A stretch of 62,283 nt of DNA, the filler included, from Chiloscyllium plagiosum (taxonomy: Eukaryota), in the NCBI RefSeq assembly GCF_004010195.1. It is 4 parts of one record of this genome, joined end to end, with 100 filler letters (N's around TTAATTAATTAA, not from the genome) between each part and the next. Parts side by side here need not be neighbours in the genome. Positions count along the whole stretch, not along the records: positions 10,510 to 41,173 come from NC_057713.1; 3 more parts are not named here. One strand, written 5' to 3'. Under the pieces are notes generated by a model. The model saw only the letters and a list, made by a program, of their open reading frames with translations, was not told where the DNA came from and did not search any database. How positions within the stretch are numbered: the stretch's first letter is position 1; each line of letters opens with the position of its first letter. The translations under genes were made by a program, and so were the position numbers. Of the stretch, positions 22,641-36,269 are shown in pieces.

Positions 22641-23304
22641 TGAGAAGTTTGTCAAACTGCCTGGTTCTACATTAAACAGAGCTTGGTAGTTAACTGTGAA
22701 TCAGCATTAATGATGCATTCGCCATGGCAACACCTCAACCAATCAGAATGCAATTGCCAATAACCTGCTATATGGGCATATCACTATTTTGTCTTTACTC
22801 AGCAAAGTCTTCTCCTGATGGCCACTCTGCTATAAAGATGTGAATGCTACTCACTGAGCCAGAGCTGACAATGTTCAATTCTGGCTTCTGGCTGACTGGT
22901 AATGCCAGCAATGTGGAATGACGAGTATTCACATGCTTTGAGCTTGGATATTAACAAAAAGATCATAGTTGTTGTGTATGCAGACACTGACCTGGATGTG
23001 GTTTGGAAGCAGTATTGATGTTTTGACACCAAATAGACCTCTTTGATCTAATGTTTGATCAGAAGACCTGCAGCATTGATGGAGTAGAAATGTGCCTCAT
23101 TACTGCGAATGGTAACTTGCCACTTATCAAAGCAAGGCTGGAGACGTCCCAGGTCTTGTTGCATATGCGCACAGACTACTTCAGAAATCCATGCCAAGGC
23201 CTAGATAAGATGAGACTAACAAATGCCAGAGGAATTTGAACACAAAGTCCAGGTAATATCAAATGGAAACATCGAAAGAAAGGAATCACAGGAGTGAAAA
23301 AAGA

Positions 23305-23434
23305 TCAAGTTCGGTACCCATAGGGAGGGCCTCAACCGGGACCTTGGGTTCATGTCACATTACAGGTGACCCCATCGCACTATATACACACACAGACACT
23401 CCTACACACACACACACAGAGGCACTCTTACCCC

Positions 23435-23465
<31 letters not shown>

Positions 23466-23824
23466 TCCTCTACACAGACACACGCACTCCCTCACTCACA
23501 CATGCATCCTCTCACAGACTTAGAGCTTCTTACACTCACACACATGCATATACACTCTCTCTCACAGACACTCACAACCCCCACCCCCCACACACACATA
23601 AACCCACATGCACACATATGTTTGTGGGTGAATTTGTACTTGCAGAGTTACATTGTACTTTGCTCAAAAACTGCATGAATCCATCTAAGATTCTGTTAAT
23701 TCTTTTTTAGATTAGAATCAGTCTAAACATTATGGCACAGACAGCAGCACACAGGGGGCTAACACCTTCAACATATCTAGGCTGACACCAATTGCTACAG
23801 TTAACCTGAGAATGTAACTTTTAA
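23305..23824 (+). mobile_element. Penelope-like family 2 3' fragment with (CA)n
   Basis: KFGTHREGLNRDLGFMSHYR* plus the UTR shared with 20680-21120. Confidence 0.7.
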
Positions 23825-24443
23825 NNNNNNNNNNNNNNNNNNNNNNNNNNNNNNNNNNNNNNNNNNNNNNNNNNNNNNNNNNNNNNNNNNNNNNNNNNNN
23901 NNNNNNNNNNNNNNNNNNNNNNNNNNNNNNNNNNNNNNNNNNNNNNNNNNNNNNNNNNNNNNNNNNNNNNNNNNNNNNNNNNNNNNNNNNNNNNNNNNNN
24001 NNNNNNNNNNNNNNNNNNNNNNNNNNNNNNNNNNNNNNNNNNNNNNNNNNNNNNNNNNNNNNNNNNNNNNNNNNNNNNNNNNNNNNNNNNNNNNNNNNNN
24101 NNNNNNNNNNNNNNNNNNNNNNNNNNNNNNNNNNNNNNNNNNNNNNNNNNNNNNNNNNNNNNNNNNNNNNNNNNNNNNNNNNNNNNNNNNNNNNNNNNNN
24201 NNNNNNNNNNNNNNNNNNNNNNNNNNNNNNNNNNNNNNNNNNNNNNNNNNNNNNNNNNNNNNNNNNNNNNNNNNNNNNNNNNNNNNNNNNNNNNNNNNNN
24301 NNNNNNNNNNNNNNNNNNNNNNNNNNNNNNNNNNNNNNNNNNNNNNNNNNNNNNNNNNNNNNNNNNNNNNNNNNNNNNNNNGGCTAATGTTCAAAAACAT
24401 TTCTGGTGGCCTGGATGCACAAAGATGGGGTTAACTTTCACTG

Positions 24444-25270
24444 TACATGGATGTGGAAAGCTCCTTTGGGGCCTTGGATGGAGGTGAGGGAGGAGGTGTG
24501 GGCGCTGGTTTTACAGTTCCTGCGGTGGCAGGGGAAGGTGCCAGGATGGGAGGGTGGGTCGTAGGGGGGCGTGGACCTGACCAAGTAGTCACGGAGGGAA
24601 CGGTCTTTGCGGAAGGCGGAAAGGGGTGGGGGAGGGAAATATATCCCTGGGGGTGGGGTCTTTTTGGAGGTGGCGGAAATGTCGGCAGATGATTTGGTTT
24701 ATGCGAAGGTTGATAGGGTGGAAGGTGAGCACCGGGGTGTTCTGTCCTTGTTATGGTTAGAGGGGTGGAGTCTGAGGGCGGAGGTGCCGGATGTAGACGA
24801 GATGCGTTGGAGGGCATCTTTAACCACGTGGGAAGGGAAATTGCGGTCTCTAAAGAAGGAGGCCATCTGGTGTGTTCTGTGGTGGAACTGGTTCTCCTGG
24901 GAGGAGGCGGAGGAATTGGGAATACGGGATGGCATTTTTGCAAGAGGTAGGGTGGGAAGAGGTGTAATCCAGGTTGCTGTGGGTGTCGGTGGGTTTGTAA
25001 AAAATATCAGTGTCAAGTCGGTCGTCATTAATGGAGATGGAGAGGTCCAGGCAGGGGAGGGAGGTGTCAGAGATGATCCAGGTAAACTTAAGGTCAGCGT
25101 GGAATGTGTTGGTGAAGTTGATGAATTGCTCAACCTCCTCGCGGGAGCACGAGGTGGTGCCAATGCAGTCATCAATGTAGCGGAGGAAGAGGTGGGGAAT
25201 GGTGCTGGTGTAATTACGGAAGATCGACTGTTCTATGTAGCCAACAAAGAGACAGGCATAGCTGGGGCCA
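24444..25270 (-). mobile_element. Penelope-like element RT fragment
   Basis: Reverse complement is collinear with about 29130-29910 (GPSYACLFVGY, YIDDCIG, QMASFFRDRNFPSHVV). Confidence 0.85.
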
Positions 25271-25728
25271 ACCTAATTCACCATACATTGTTCTGTTAAT
25301 CACGTGATACAACAATAATGTAACTAATGCATATCAATCTCAATAACCTTCACACTGGCAGGAAGGAGTGATCCTATCCACAGTGAGACACAGCCCAAAT
25401 GAGTTTATAATTTGGTGAATTTGAAGGCAATCTGGGAATTCACTGCAAAGGGGAAGAGGTGCTTTCTGCCTTTTTTTTGGCTCACAGTTTGATAGTTTTT
25501 CTTTAACAGGATAAATTGAAGCCCAGGATCAGGTGCCCATCACAAAGAATTGACATGATAGTTGAACCATAAGTTCATCGACTGGTGACAGCTACTAATT
25601 TGACTACCTTTTATATGATACTTTCAGATTAAAAGTAAATAAGGTAAATATTTGCAGGCTGTAAATTACAAGACCAGCAAAAAAAAAAGTTTTCATATCA
25701 TATTAAGAACAAACTAATTAAAATAGAG

Positions 25729-26385
25729 ATGCAGGCCAGATGATGTGTTGTACCTGCATGATATGGAAGATGGGGGTGGACCCTATTATGGTTCAGTGAC
25801 TACATCTGTAGCAAATGCTGGTTGCTTGAGGAACTCTGGCTCAGAGTTGATGAGCTGGAGTCTGAGCTTCAAACACTGCAACACATCAGGGAAGGGGTTA
25901 TCTGGGTGCAGTGTTTCAGGAGGCAGTCACACCCCTCAGATTCACTAACTCGAATCCAGTCAGTAGTCAGGGACAGAAGAGGCAGGTGGAAGGATCCAGG
26001 AGGTAGTGCTGAAGGAGCCTCAGCCTTTGAGCTAGTCCATTGTTTCCTGTGTGGATGAGAATGGTGGCTGTAGGAAGGATGAGCAAACTGACCATAGCAC
26101 CATAGTACAGGGAGCCATTCAAGGAAGAGAGAAAAGACAAATGTAATTGTAATCGGGGATAGCATAGTCAGGGAATAGACACTGTTTTCTGTGACCAAAG
26201 GCTCTCCACAAGATTAAAGAGATAAATGGGTTGCTCCAGATTTGGTTAGGAGAAACGGGTTTGAATTCATGGGAAATTGGCAGCAGTGCTGGGGAAAGAA
26301 GGAGCTCTTCCAGTGGGACAGGCTGCACCTGAGCCATGCTGGGACTAATCGCATAACCAGGGCTTTGGATAGCACTTTAAACCGA
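25729..26385 (+). mobile_element. Decayed CR1 ORF1 (zinc finger/leucine zipper plus SGNH esterase)
   Basis: YICSKCWLLEELWLRVDELESELQTL; VIVIGDSIVR; GFEFMGNWQQCWGKKELFQWDRLHLSHAG. Confidence 0.8.
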
Positions 26386-26900
26386 ACACTGAGGTTGGGG
26401 GGGGGAAGGGGGGAGTGCGTTCAGTTGCTTGAACTATGGAGAAATTTAAAGGGGGTGTGGGGGTGTGGGATGCTCAGCAAAGGTTATTAAAGTTTCCAGA
26501 ACAAATAACAAGACACGGACTATGGAAAGGGTCAGGGATCTAACTTCAAGCACAGCCAATAAGGGGACAACTATGAGAAGGGGGATGCAGATTGAAATTG
26601 GCAGGTGTGATACTGTGGGTATCACAGAGATGTGGCAGCAAGACCCAGAGGGGTGGCAAATGGGTAATGTAACACCCCTGTTTAAGAAGGGAGGGAGCCA
26701 GAAGGCAAAAGACTATCAATACAATGCAATGCAATGTTGGCATTAATTTCAAGAGGGTTAGAATACAACAGCTGAGATGAACTGCTGAGGATGTACAAGG
26801 CTCTGATCAGAGCCTATATTTGGAATAGAATAGAATCCCTACAATGTGAAAGGAGGCCATTTGGCCCATTGCGTATACACCAACCCTCCAAACAGGCTCT

Positions 26901-26936
26901 ATTCCTGATGAAGGGCTTTTGTCCGAAACGTCAATT
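26901..26936 (+). ncRNA. Minimal hammerhead ribozyme motif
   Basis: ATTC-CTGATGA-A-GGGC TTTT GTCC-GAAACGTC-AATT. Confidence 0.6.
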
Positions 26937-27039
26937 TTCATGCTCCTCGGATGCTGCCTGAGCTGCTGTGCTTTTCCAGCACCGCTCTGGTCTAGAATCT
27001 GGTTTCCAGCATCTGCAGCCCTTGTTTTTAACTAGGATC

Positions 27040-27328
27040 CTACCCTGACCACATCTCCTCCCCTATCTCTGTAGCCCTACATTTCCCATGGCTAATCCAC
27101 GTAGCCTGCACAGCCCTGGACACTAGGGGCAATTTAGCATGACCAATCCACTCTAATCTGCACACCTTTGGGCTGTGAAATGAAACTGGAGCACCCAGAG
27201 AAAACCCACATAAGAAACACAAGGAGAATGTGCAAGCTTCCACACGGACAGTCGCTCAGGCAGTGGAATTGAAGCCAGGTCCCTGACACAGTGAGGCGGC
27301 AGTGATAACCACTGAGACACCATGCTGC
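27040..27328 (-). mobile_element. HE1-like tRNA-derived V-SINE
   Basis: Reverse complement GGCAGCATGGTGTCTCAGTGGTTATCACTGCCGCCTCAC...GCTTGCACATTCTCC, homologous to 42429-42740. Confidence 0.8.
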
Positions 27329-28977
27329 CTATATTTTGGAATATGGTGAGTTCTGTGCCCCGTATCTAAGGAAGGTCATGCTAGCGTTAGAGGGGTCCAG
27401 AGGAGGCTTACAAGAATGATCACGGGGATGAAGGGTTCATCATATGAGGAGCAATTGAGGACTCTATCTCTGTAGTCAATGGAGTTTTGAAGGATTTGGA
27501 ATACTGTGAGCAATTCTGGTCTCCCTCCCATAGGAAGGATGTTGTAAAACTTGAAAGGGTTCAGAAAAGATTTACAAGAATGTTGCCAGGGTTGGAGGAT
27601 TTGGGCCATAGGGAGAGGCTGAATGGGCTGGGGCTGTTTTCCCGGAGTGTCGGAGGCTGAGCGGTGAGGTTTATAAAATCATGAGGGGCATAGATAGTGT
27701 AAATAGACAAGGTTTTTTTTCCCTGTATTGGGGGAGTCCAGAACTGGAGGGCATAGGTTTAGGATGAACGGGGAAAGATTTAAAAAGGACCTAAGGGGCA
27801 AATTTTTCACACAAGGTGAGCTGTGGCGGATGCAAAGGAATTGGGAATACGGGATGGCATTTTTACAGGGGGCAGAGTGGGAGGAGGTGTAATCTAGGTA
27901 GCTGTGGGAGTCGGTCGGTTTGTAGTAAATGTCTGTGTTGAGTCAGTCGCCCGAGATAGAAATGGAGAGGTCTAGGAAGGGGAGGGAGGAGTCTGAGANN
28001 NNNNNNNNNNNNNNNNNNNNNNNNNNNNNNNNNNNNNNNNNNNNNNNNNNNNNNNNNNNNNNNNNNNNNNNNNNNNNNNNNNNNNNNNNNNNNNNNNNNN
28101 NNNNNNNNNNNNNNNNNNNNNNNNNNNNNNNNNNNNNNNNNNNNNNNNNNNNNNNNNNNNNNNNNNNNNNNNNNNNNNNNNNNNNNNNNNNNNNNNNNNN
28201 NNNNNNNNNNNNNNNNNNNNNNNNNNNNNNNNNNNNNNNNNNNNNNNNNNNNNNNNNNNNNNNNNNNNNNNNNNNNNNNNNNNNNNNNNNNNNNNNNNNN
28301 NNNNNNNNNNNNNNNNNNNNNNNNNNNNNNNNNNNNNNNNNNNNNNNNNNNNNNNNNNNNNNNNNNNNNNNNNNNNNNNNNNNNNNNNNNNNNNNNNNNN
28401 NNNNNNNNNNNNNNNNNNNNNNNNNNNNNNNNNNNNNNNNNNNNNNNNNNNNNNNNNNNNNNNNNNNNNNNNNNNNNNNNNNNNNNNNNNNNNNNNNNNN
28501 NNNNNNNNNNNNNNNNNNNNNNNNNNNNNNNNNNNNNNNNNNNNNNNNNNNNNNNNNNNNNNNNNNNNNNNNNNNNNNNNNNNNNNNNNNNNNNNNNNNN
28601 NNNNNNNNNNNNNNNNNNNNNNNNNNNNNNNNNNNNNNNNNNNNNNNNNNNNNNNNNNNNNNNNNNNNNNNNNNNNNNNNNNNNNNNNNNNNNNNNNNNN
28701 NNNNNNNNNNNNNNNNNNNNNNNNNNNNNNNNNNNNNNNNNNNNNNNNNNNNNNNNNNNNNNNNNNNNNNNNNNNNNNNNNNNNNNNNNNNNNNNNNNNN
28801 NNNNNNNNNNNNNNNNNNNNNNNNNNNNNNNNNNNNNNNNNNNNNNNNNNNNNNNNNNNNNNNNNNNNNNNNNNNNNNNNNNNNNNNNNNNNNNNNNNNN
28901 NNNNNNNNNNNNNNNNNNNNNNNNNNNNNNNNNNNNNNNNNNNNNNNNNNNNNNNNNNNNNNNNNNNNNNNNNNNNN

Positions 28978-30443
28978 TCTGCTTCTTCCTTTCCCGCCGT
29001 ACTAACCAGTACCCTTCCACTGACACCCTACTTCGACTGACTGAACTGGTCCTCGCTCTGAACAACTTCTCTTTCCAATCCTCCCACTTCCTCCAAACCA
29101 AAGGAGTAGCCATGGGCACCCGCATAGGCCCCAGCTATGCCTGCCTCTTCGTCGGATATGTGGAACAGTCGATCTTCCGCAGCTACACTGGCCCCACCCC
29201 CCAGCTTTTCCTCCACAACATCGATGATTGCATTGGTGCGACTTCGTGCTCCCACGAGGAGGTTGAACAGTTCATCCACTTTACTAACACCTTCCACCCA
29301 GACCTCAAATTTACCTTGACCGTCTCAGACTCCTCCCTCCCCTTCCTAGACCTCTCCATTTCTATCTCGGGCGACCGACTCAACACGGACATTTACTACA
29401 AATTGACCGACTCCCACCCTGCCCCCTGCAAAAACGCCATCCCATATTCCCAATTCCTTTGCCTCCGCTGCATCTGCTCCCAGGAGGACCAGTTCCAATA
29501 CCGAACAACCCAGATGGCGTCCTTCTTCAAAGACCGCAATTTCCCCCCCGACGTGGTCGACGATGCTCTCCATCGCATCTCTTCCACTTCCCGCTCCTCC
29601 GCCCTTGAACCCCACCCCTCCAATCGCCAACAGGACAGAACAATATTGGTCCTCACCCACCAACGTCTGGATACATCGTATCATCCGTCGTCATTTCTGC
29701 CACCTCCAAACGGACCCCACCACCAGGGATATATTTCCCTCCCCAACCCCTATCAGCATTCCGTAAAGACCACTCCCTCCGTGACTCCCTCGTCAGATCC
29801 ACACCCCCCACCAACCCAACCTCCACTCCCGGCACCTTCCCCTGCAACCGCAAGAAGTGCAAAACTTGCGCCCACACCTCCCCCCTCACCTCCCTCCAAG
29901 GCCCCAATGCATCCTTCCATATCCGTCGCAAATTCACCTGCACCTCCACACACATCATTTACTGTATCCTCTGCACCCGATGTGGCCTCCTCTATATTGG
30001 GGAGACAGGCCGCCTCCTTGCGGAATGTTTCAGGGAACACCTCTGGAACACCCGGACCAACCAACCCAACCACCCCATGGCTGAACACTTTAACTCCCCC
30101 TCCCACTCCACCAAGGACATGCAGGTCCTTGGCCTCCTCCATCGCCAGACCATGGCAACACGACACCTGGAGGAAGAGCACCTCATCTTCCGCTTAGGAA
30201 CCCTCCAACCACACGGGATGAAGGTAGATTTCTCCAGCTTCCTCATTTCCCCTTCCCCCACCTCATCTCACCTCCTTCCACCTATAATATTCCCAGCGCC
30301 CCTACCCCAAGTTCCCTCCCCCGACCTTTTATCTCAGCCCGCTTGGCACACCAGCCTCATTCCTGAAGAAGGGCTTATGCCCGAAACGTCGATTCTCCTG
30401 CTCCTCTGATGCTGCCTGGCCTGCTGTGTTTTTCCAGCACCAG
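28978..30443 (+). mobile_element. Penelope-like element (RT, GIY-YIG, terminal repeat), best-preserved copy
   Basis: GVAMGTRIGPSYACLFVGYVE, NIDDCIG, LPFLDLSIS, IIYCILCTRCGLLYIGETGRLLAECFREH, EEHLIFRLGTLQPHGM. Frameshifted. Confidence 0.9.
30359..30394 (+). ncRNA. Minimal hammerhead ribozyme motif in Penelope terminal repeat
   Basis: ATTC-CTGAAGA-A-GGGC TTAT GCCC-GAAACGTC-GATT: CUGANGA and GAAA boxes, palindromic ACGT, GUC triplet. Confidence 0.7.
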
Positions 30444-32107
30444 GTTTTTGAAATATATCAGCCAGGATCAAATGGCAGAACAAAATAAATGGACCAAATG
30501 ATCTAATTCTGCTGCTACATATTATGGTCTTAAGGTCAATCCGAGTCACGGCAGACCCAGACTGAAATGATCTCGGCTTACTGAAATACTGCTGAGAACA
30601 GTCCTGGACATCGATGGGAGTCCAGGCACCATCTCCAAATGATGGATCTCTTGCTCTCTCTGTGCGGAGATGGATGGGAGGCAGGTTTGGACAGGGTTGA
30701 GGGGGGAGAGGGTGGGGTGGGGGAAGGAGCTCACACGTGATGGGCAGCTGCCTAGACTTAGCAAGTGCTCGCTGTGTCAATCCCGTTGATGGGGGTCGGG
30801 GGGGGGGGAGGGGGAAGCAGGAGGCTTCTGCAGTGTTGCAGGCCCCTTACACACAAGTGTGTGTCTGCTCAGAAACAAGCCCTGAGTCAGAGAGGGAGCA
30901 AAAAAAAAATCTTTACTCAGAGAGTAGTAAGGGCATGGAATGCTTTGCCTGCAACGGTAGTAGATTCACCAAGTTTAAGTGCATTTAAGTCGTCATTGGA
31001 CAGGCTTATGGACATACATAGAATAGTGTAGGTGAGATGGGCTTCAGATTGGTATGACAGGATGGCACAACACTGAGGGCCGAAGGGCCTGTACTGCGCT
31101 GTAATGTTCTATGTTTTTTGAAGTGGGGGGCTTGAGAGATTTGGGAACCTGAGAACCAAAGTCACCTGCTCACTTGGTATAACCTCCAATCACAACAAAT
31201 CATGAATAACACATTACTTTCAAACCATACAAGTGCCAGACAATGCCTTTCTCCAATAAGAGTAAATATGACATCTCTCCTAGGCATCCAGTGGCATCAC
31301 CAATACTGAACCCCCCACTATCAACATCCTGGGGGATGACAAAGACCAGGTACTGTACTGCACCAGCCATATAAATACAACAGTTTAAAAAGCAGGTCAG
31401 AGACTAGGAATCCTGTAGCAATTCACTCTCCAAAACCTGTCCGACATTTACAAGACCCAATTCAAGAGGTTGATAACATTCAAGAAGTTGACACCATTCA
31501 AGACAATGCAGTCATTGATTGGCACCACATCCACAAGCTTCAACATTTGCTCTTTCTACTATCACCACACAGTTACACCAATATTAAATACATGATTCAC
31601 TGTAGCGTCTCACATGGCTCTTTCAAATGCACTTTCCATGCCAATGGCCACTACCATCTAGAAGGACAAGACCAGTAGATACATCGGAGTGGCCAACTTT
31701 AAGGGCATTTAAATGGTCACTGGATAGACATATGGATGAAAATGGAGTAGTCTAGGTTAGATGGGCTTCAGATTAGTTTCACAAGTCAGCGCAGCATCGA
31801 GGGCCAAAGGCCTGTACTGCACTGTAATGTTCTATGTTCTATAGGAACATCATCATCTGCAAGTTTTACTCCAAGCCAACCACCATCCTGACTTGGAAAT
31901 ATATCGTTATTCCTTACGAGTCACTAAGTGAAAATTGTGGAACTTCCTCTGTAAGGGCATTGTGAGTTTACAGCAGCTCAAGAAGGCAGCTGACGACCAG
32001 CTACGCAAAAAGAATTAGGGATGGGTAATAATGTTGGTTTTGCCACTTACACTCACATCTTTGACAGGAATTTAAAAAAAAACAAAGACAGGAGGGACTT
32101 CACTTAA

Positions 32108-35100
32108 GGGAAGCCAATGGCCTAGTTGTATTAGCTGGACTATTAATCAAGTGACCCGAGTTTCTGGTGATGGTGGAATTAAGAATCTAATGATGACCAT
32201 GAAACCATTGCCAATTGTCAGGAAAACACCATTTTAAAAAAATATCACAGGATGTAGACATCGCTGACCAGGCCAGCATTTACTGCCTGATCCTAATGGC
32301 CCAAAGAGCAGATAAGAGTCAACCACGTTGCTGTGGGTCTGGAATCACATCTAGTCCAGACCAGGTAAGGATGGCCATTTCCTTCTCTAAAAGGACATTA
32401 CTGAACCAGATGGGGTTTCCCCAAAAATTGATAATGGAGTCATGGTCAATATTAGACCATAAATTCCAGATTTTTATTGAATTCAAATTCCACTATCTGC
32501 TAGGGCAGGATTCAAACCCGATTCCTCAGAATATTACCTTGGTCTCTGGATTAGCAGCTCAACAATAATACCACTACACCATTGCCTCCCATCTGGTTCA
32601 CTAATGTCCTTCAGGGAAGGAGATCTGCCATCCTTACTTGGTCTGGCCTTCGTGTGATTTCAAATGCATAGCAACTGTTCTGTAAATTGATTGTATCAAT
32701 CACTATGAGGTCTCAAAACAGAAATGAAACCAGATAGACCACCTCGTATTTACCTAGGAATGATAATAGCAAAAACAGCCCTGTTGACCCTGCAAAGTTA
32801 TTAACATCTAGAGGCTAGTGTCAATATTGGGAGAGCAGTCTCACAGACTAGTTAAACAGCCTGATATAGTCACACTCATGGAATCATACCTTGTAATGTC
32901 CCAGACACCACTATGCCATCCCTGGTAATGTCCTGTCCCACCAACAAGACAGACTCAGCTGGGGTGGAGGCACAATTGTATACAGTCATGTAGGAGTTGT
33001 CCTTGGAGAGCTTAACATTGATTCTGGACCTCAATAAAAGTCTCACTGCATCAGGTCAAACATGGGCAAGGAAACCTCCTACTGATTATCACATACCATT
33101 CTCCCTCAGCTTATGATTCTGTGTTTCCTCCATGTTGAACAACACTTGGAGAAAGCACTGAAGATAGCAAAGACACAAACATGTGCTCTGGGTGGGGGGA
33201 TTGCAATGTCCACCACCAAGACTAGTGTACTACCGCTGGAGCTGGTCAGGCCCTAAAGGACAAGCTGCTAGACTGTGGCAGGAAACTTGGCAACCAAGAC
33301 GAGGGAAAAATACTTGATGTTATCCTCACCAATTTGTCGCTGCAGATATATCAGTCCATGACAGTATCGATAAGAGTGACCACCACATTGTCCCTGTGGA
33401 GATGATGTCCCGCCATCACATTAATAATACCTTACATCGTTTTGTGCGGCACTATTACCGTGCTAAATGGATGGACCTCAAAAAGAGCTAGCAGCTCAAG
33501 ACTGGACATCCATGAGGCGCTGTACAGCATCAAAAGCAGCAAAATCTGTAACCTCATGGCCCAGCATATCCCCCACTCAACCATTACCATCAAGCCAGGG
33601 GACAACTCTGCTTCAATGGCCAGTACAGGAGGGCATGCCATAAGTAGTAGCAGGCATAATTAAAACATGAGGTGTCAACCTGATGTCCTTACCAAACAGG
33701 GTTACGTGCATGCCAAATAGTATAAGCAGCAACTGATAGACAGAGCTAAACGATCCAACAACCAATTGATCAGATCTAAGTTCCACAGTCCTGCCACATC
33801 CAGTTGTGAATGGTTTTGGACAATCAAACAACTTAAGAGCAGGCTCCACAATCTATCCCCATGCTCAATGATGGAAGGGACATCAGTGCTAAAGATAAGG
33901 CTAAACCTTTGAAGCAATCTTCAGCCAGAAGTGCCAAGTGGATGATCCATCTCAGCCTCCTCTAGAAGTCCAAAGCATCACAGATACCAGTCTTCAGATA
34001 ATTTGGTTCACTCCACCTGATATTAAGAAATGGATGGAGGCACCGAATATTGCAAAGGCAATGGGCCCTGACAATATTATGACAATAGTACCACAATAGT
34101 ACAGAACTAGCCACACCCCTAGTCAAGCTGTTCCAGTACAGCTACAACACTGGCATTTACCTGACAATGTGGAAAATTGTCCAGGTATGTCCTGTACATA
34201 AAACCAGGACAAATCCAACCAAGCCAATTACCGCCCCATCAGTCTGCTCTGTAAAGTGATGGAAGATGCCATCAACAGTGCTATCAAGCAGTAGTTGCTT
34301 AGCAATAACATGATCAGTGACACCCAGCTTGGGTTCAGCCAGGGCCACTCAACTCCTGATCTCATTACAGCCTTGGTTCAAACATGGACAGAAAAGCTGA
34401 AATCCCGAGGGGAGATAAAAGTGACTGTCCTTGACATCAAAGCCGCATTTGACCAAGTGTGGCATCAAGGAGGATTATGAATCATTGGGGAAACTCTGCT
34501 GGTTGGAGTCATACCTGGCACGTAGGAAGATGATTGTGTTGGTTGGAGGTCAGTCATCTCAGCTTCAGGACATCTCTGTGAGAGCGCCTCAGGATTATGT
34601 CCTCGGTCCAACCATCTTTAAATGCTTCATTAATGACCTTTCCTCCATCATAAGGTCAGAAGTGAAGATGTTTTGCACCACTTGTGACTCCCCAGATAAT
34701 GAAACAGTTCATGTCCAATGCAACAAGACCTGGACAATATCCAGAAACATGGCAAGTAACTTCCATGCCATACAAATACCAGGTAATGATCATCTCCAAT
34801 CTAACCACCACCCCTTGACATTCAATGGTGTTACCATCACTGAATACCCTACTGCTAGTATTCTAGGGGTTACCATTCATCAGAAACTGAACTGAACTAG
34901 TCATATAAATGCAGAAAAAAGAGAGGTTAAAGGTTCAGAATACTGCAATGAGTAACTCATCTCTTGACTCCCAAAGCCTGTCAACCATCTACAAGGCACA
35001 AGTCAGAGGTATGGTGGAATACTTCCCACTTTCCTGAATGAGCGCAGCTTCAACAACACTCAAGAATCCTGACCCTATCCAGGGAAAGGCAGCCTGCTTG

Positions 35101-35490
35101 ACTGGCACCACAAACTTGCAGTTACTCTACCACTGACTTTCAGTAGCAGCAGGGTGCACCATCAACAAAATGCAATGTAGTTATTCACCAAAGATCCTTA
35201 CATAACACCTTCCAAGCCCCATCTAGAAGGACAAGGGCAGCAGATCCATGGGAACACCACCATCTGCATATTCCCCTCCAAGCCACTCACCATCCTGACC
35301 TGGAAGTATTACGCTGTTCCTTCAGCAGTGTTGGGCCAAAATCCTAGAATTTCCTCCCTAAGGGTATTGTGGGTCTACTTACAATACATGGACTGTGGCT
35401 GTTCAAGAAGGCAGCTTGCCATCAAATTCTCAAGGGCAACTAGCGACAGGCAATAAATGTTGGCCCAGCCAGCAAAGTGAACAAAAACAT
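32108..35490 (+). mobile_element. Near full-length decayed CR1-group LINE (APE plus RT) with tRNA-like 5' head
   Basis: Endonuclease motifs (SHRLVKQPDIVTLMESYL, GGGTIVY), NYRPISLL, TQLGFSQGHSTPDL, LDIKAAFDQVWH, APQDYVLGPTIFKCFINDL; tail GGCAATAAATGTTGGCCCAGCCAGC. Confidence 0.8.
32233..32590 (-). mobile_element. tRNA-headed SINE nested in the LINE 5' UTR
   Basis: Reverse complement has A box TGGTGTAGTGG and B box GGTTTGAATCC, with a tail similar to the LINE 3' end. Confidence 0.75.
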
Positions 35491-36269
35491 TAATGGAGTA
35501 ACTGGAAAAGCTGGGATCATTCTGCTTAAATCAGAGAAACCTAATGAAAGATTTAGTAGAATTATTAAAAATCTTGAATTGTAATGAAAGATAAAAAGAA
35601 ACTGTTTCCACTGGCTGGAGATCTGCTAACCGAAGGACCCAGATTTAAGGCAACTGCATAAAGAGTAGGATGGGGAGTCTTACGCAGTGAATTCCTCTGA
35701 GCTGGAATGGATTCTTCAAAAGGGAAATGAAATCAGATTCAATGGTAACTTTCAAAAGGAACTAGAGAAGTGCTTTAAGATGAAATATGCACAAAGCAAT
35801 TCTGAGGAGAGAGCAGTAGATTTGAACTAATTGAATAGTTCTTTCAAACAGCCGGCACAGACTAGAAGGGCTTGAATGGTGTCCTTCAATGCTGTGAGAG
35901 TCAATGATGTTATTAACATCAGGAAGTTGTGGAGCTGATGGGGAGGTGTGATTGAAATCAACCAAATGCCAGGAGAAAAAGTTTCAAAATGAGGAAACAG
36001 GACCAGGAAAGGGGAAGTGACTGAGCTTTTTTTACTGAGTGTAAAATGGAGAGGGAAGTAAATGGTTGCAAGTCTGATCTTTGGTGTTTAAAGCAAATTG
36101 TGAAAATGGATTGAATAAAGCTGCAAATTTGTGGGCTAGCAGGATGAAAATTCACCAGGGAAACTTGCAGGTTGCTATTAAAAACCTAACTGGATCACCA
36201 GAATTCTTAAAGGATAAGGATAGAATGAAAATAAACAGAAGGCTAATTTCTGGGTTGACAAGGCTCCAT

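Noticed and set aside
30540..30900. TTC19 exon 1 or promoter in a GC-rich unique patch
   Set aside because: No convincing ATG-to-phase-1 donor ORF, and it lies across an artificial spacer from exon 2.
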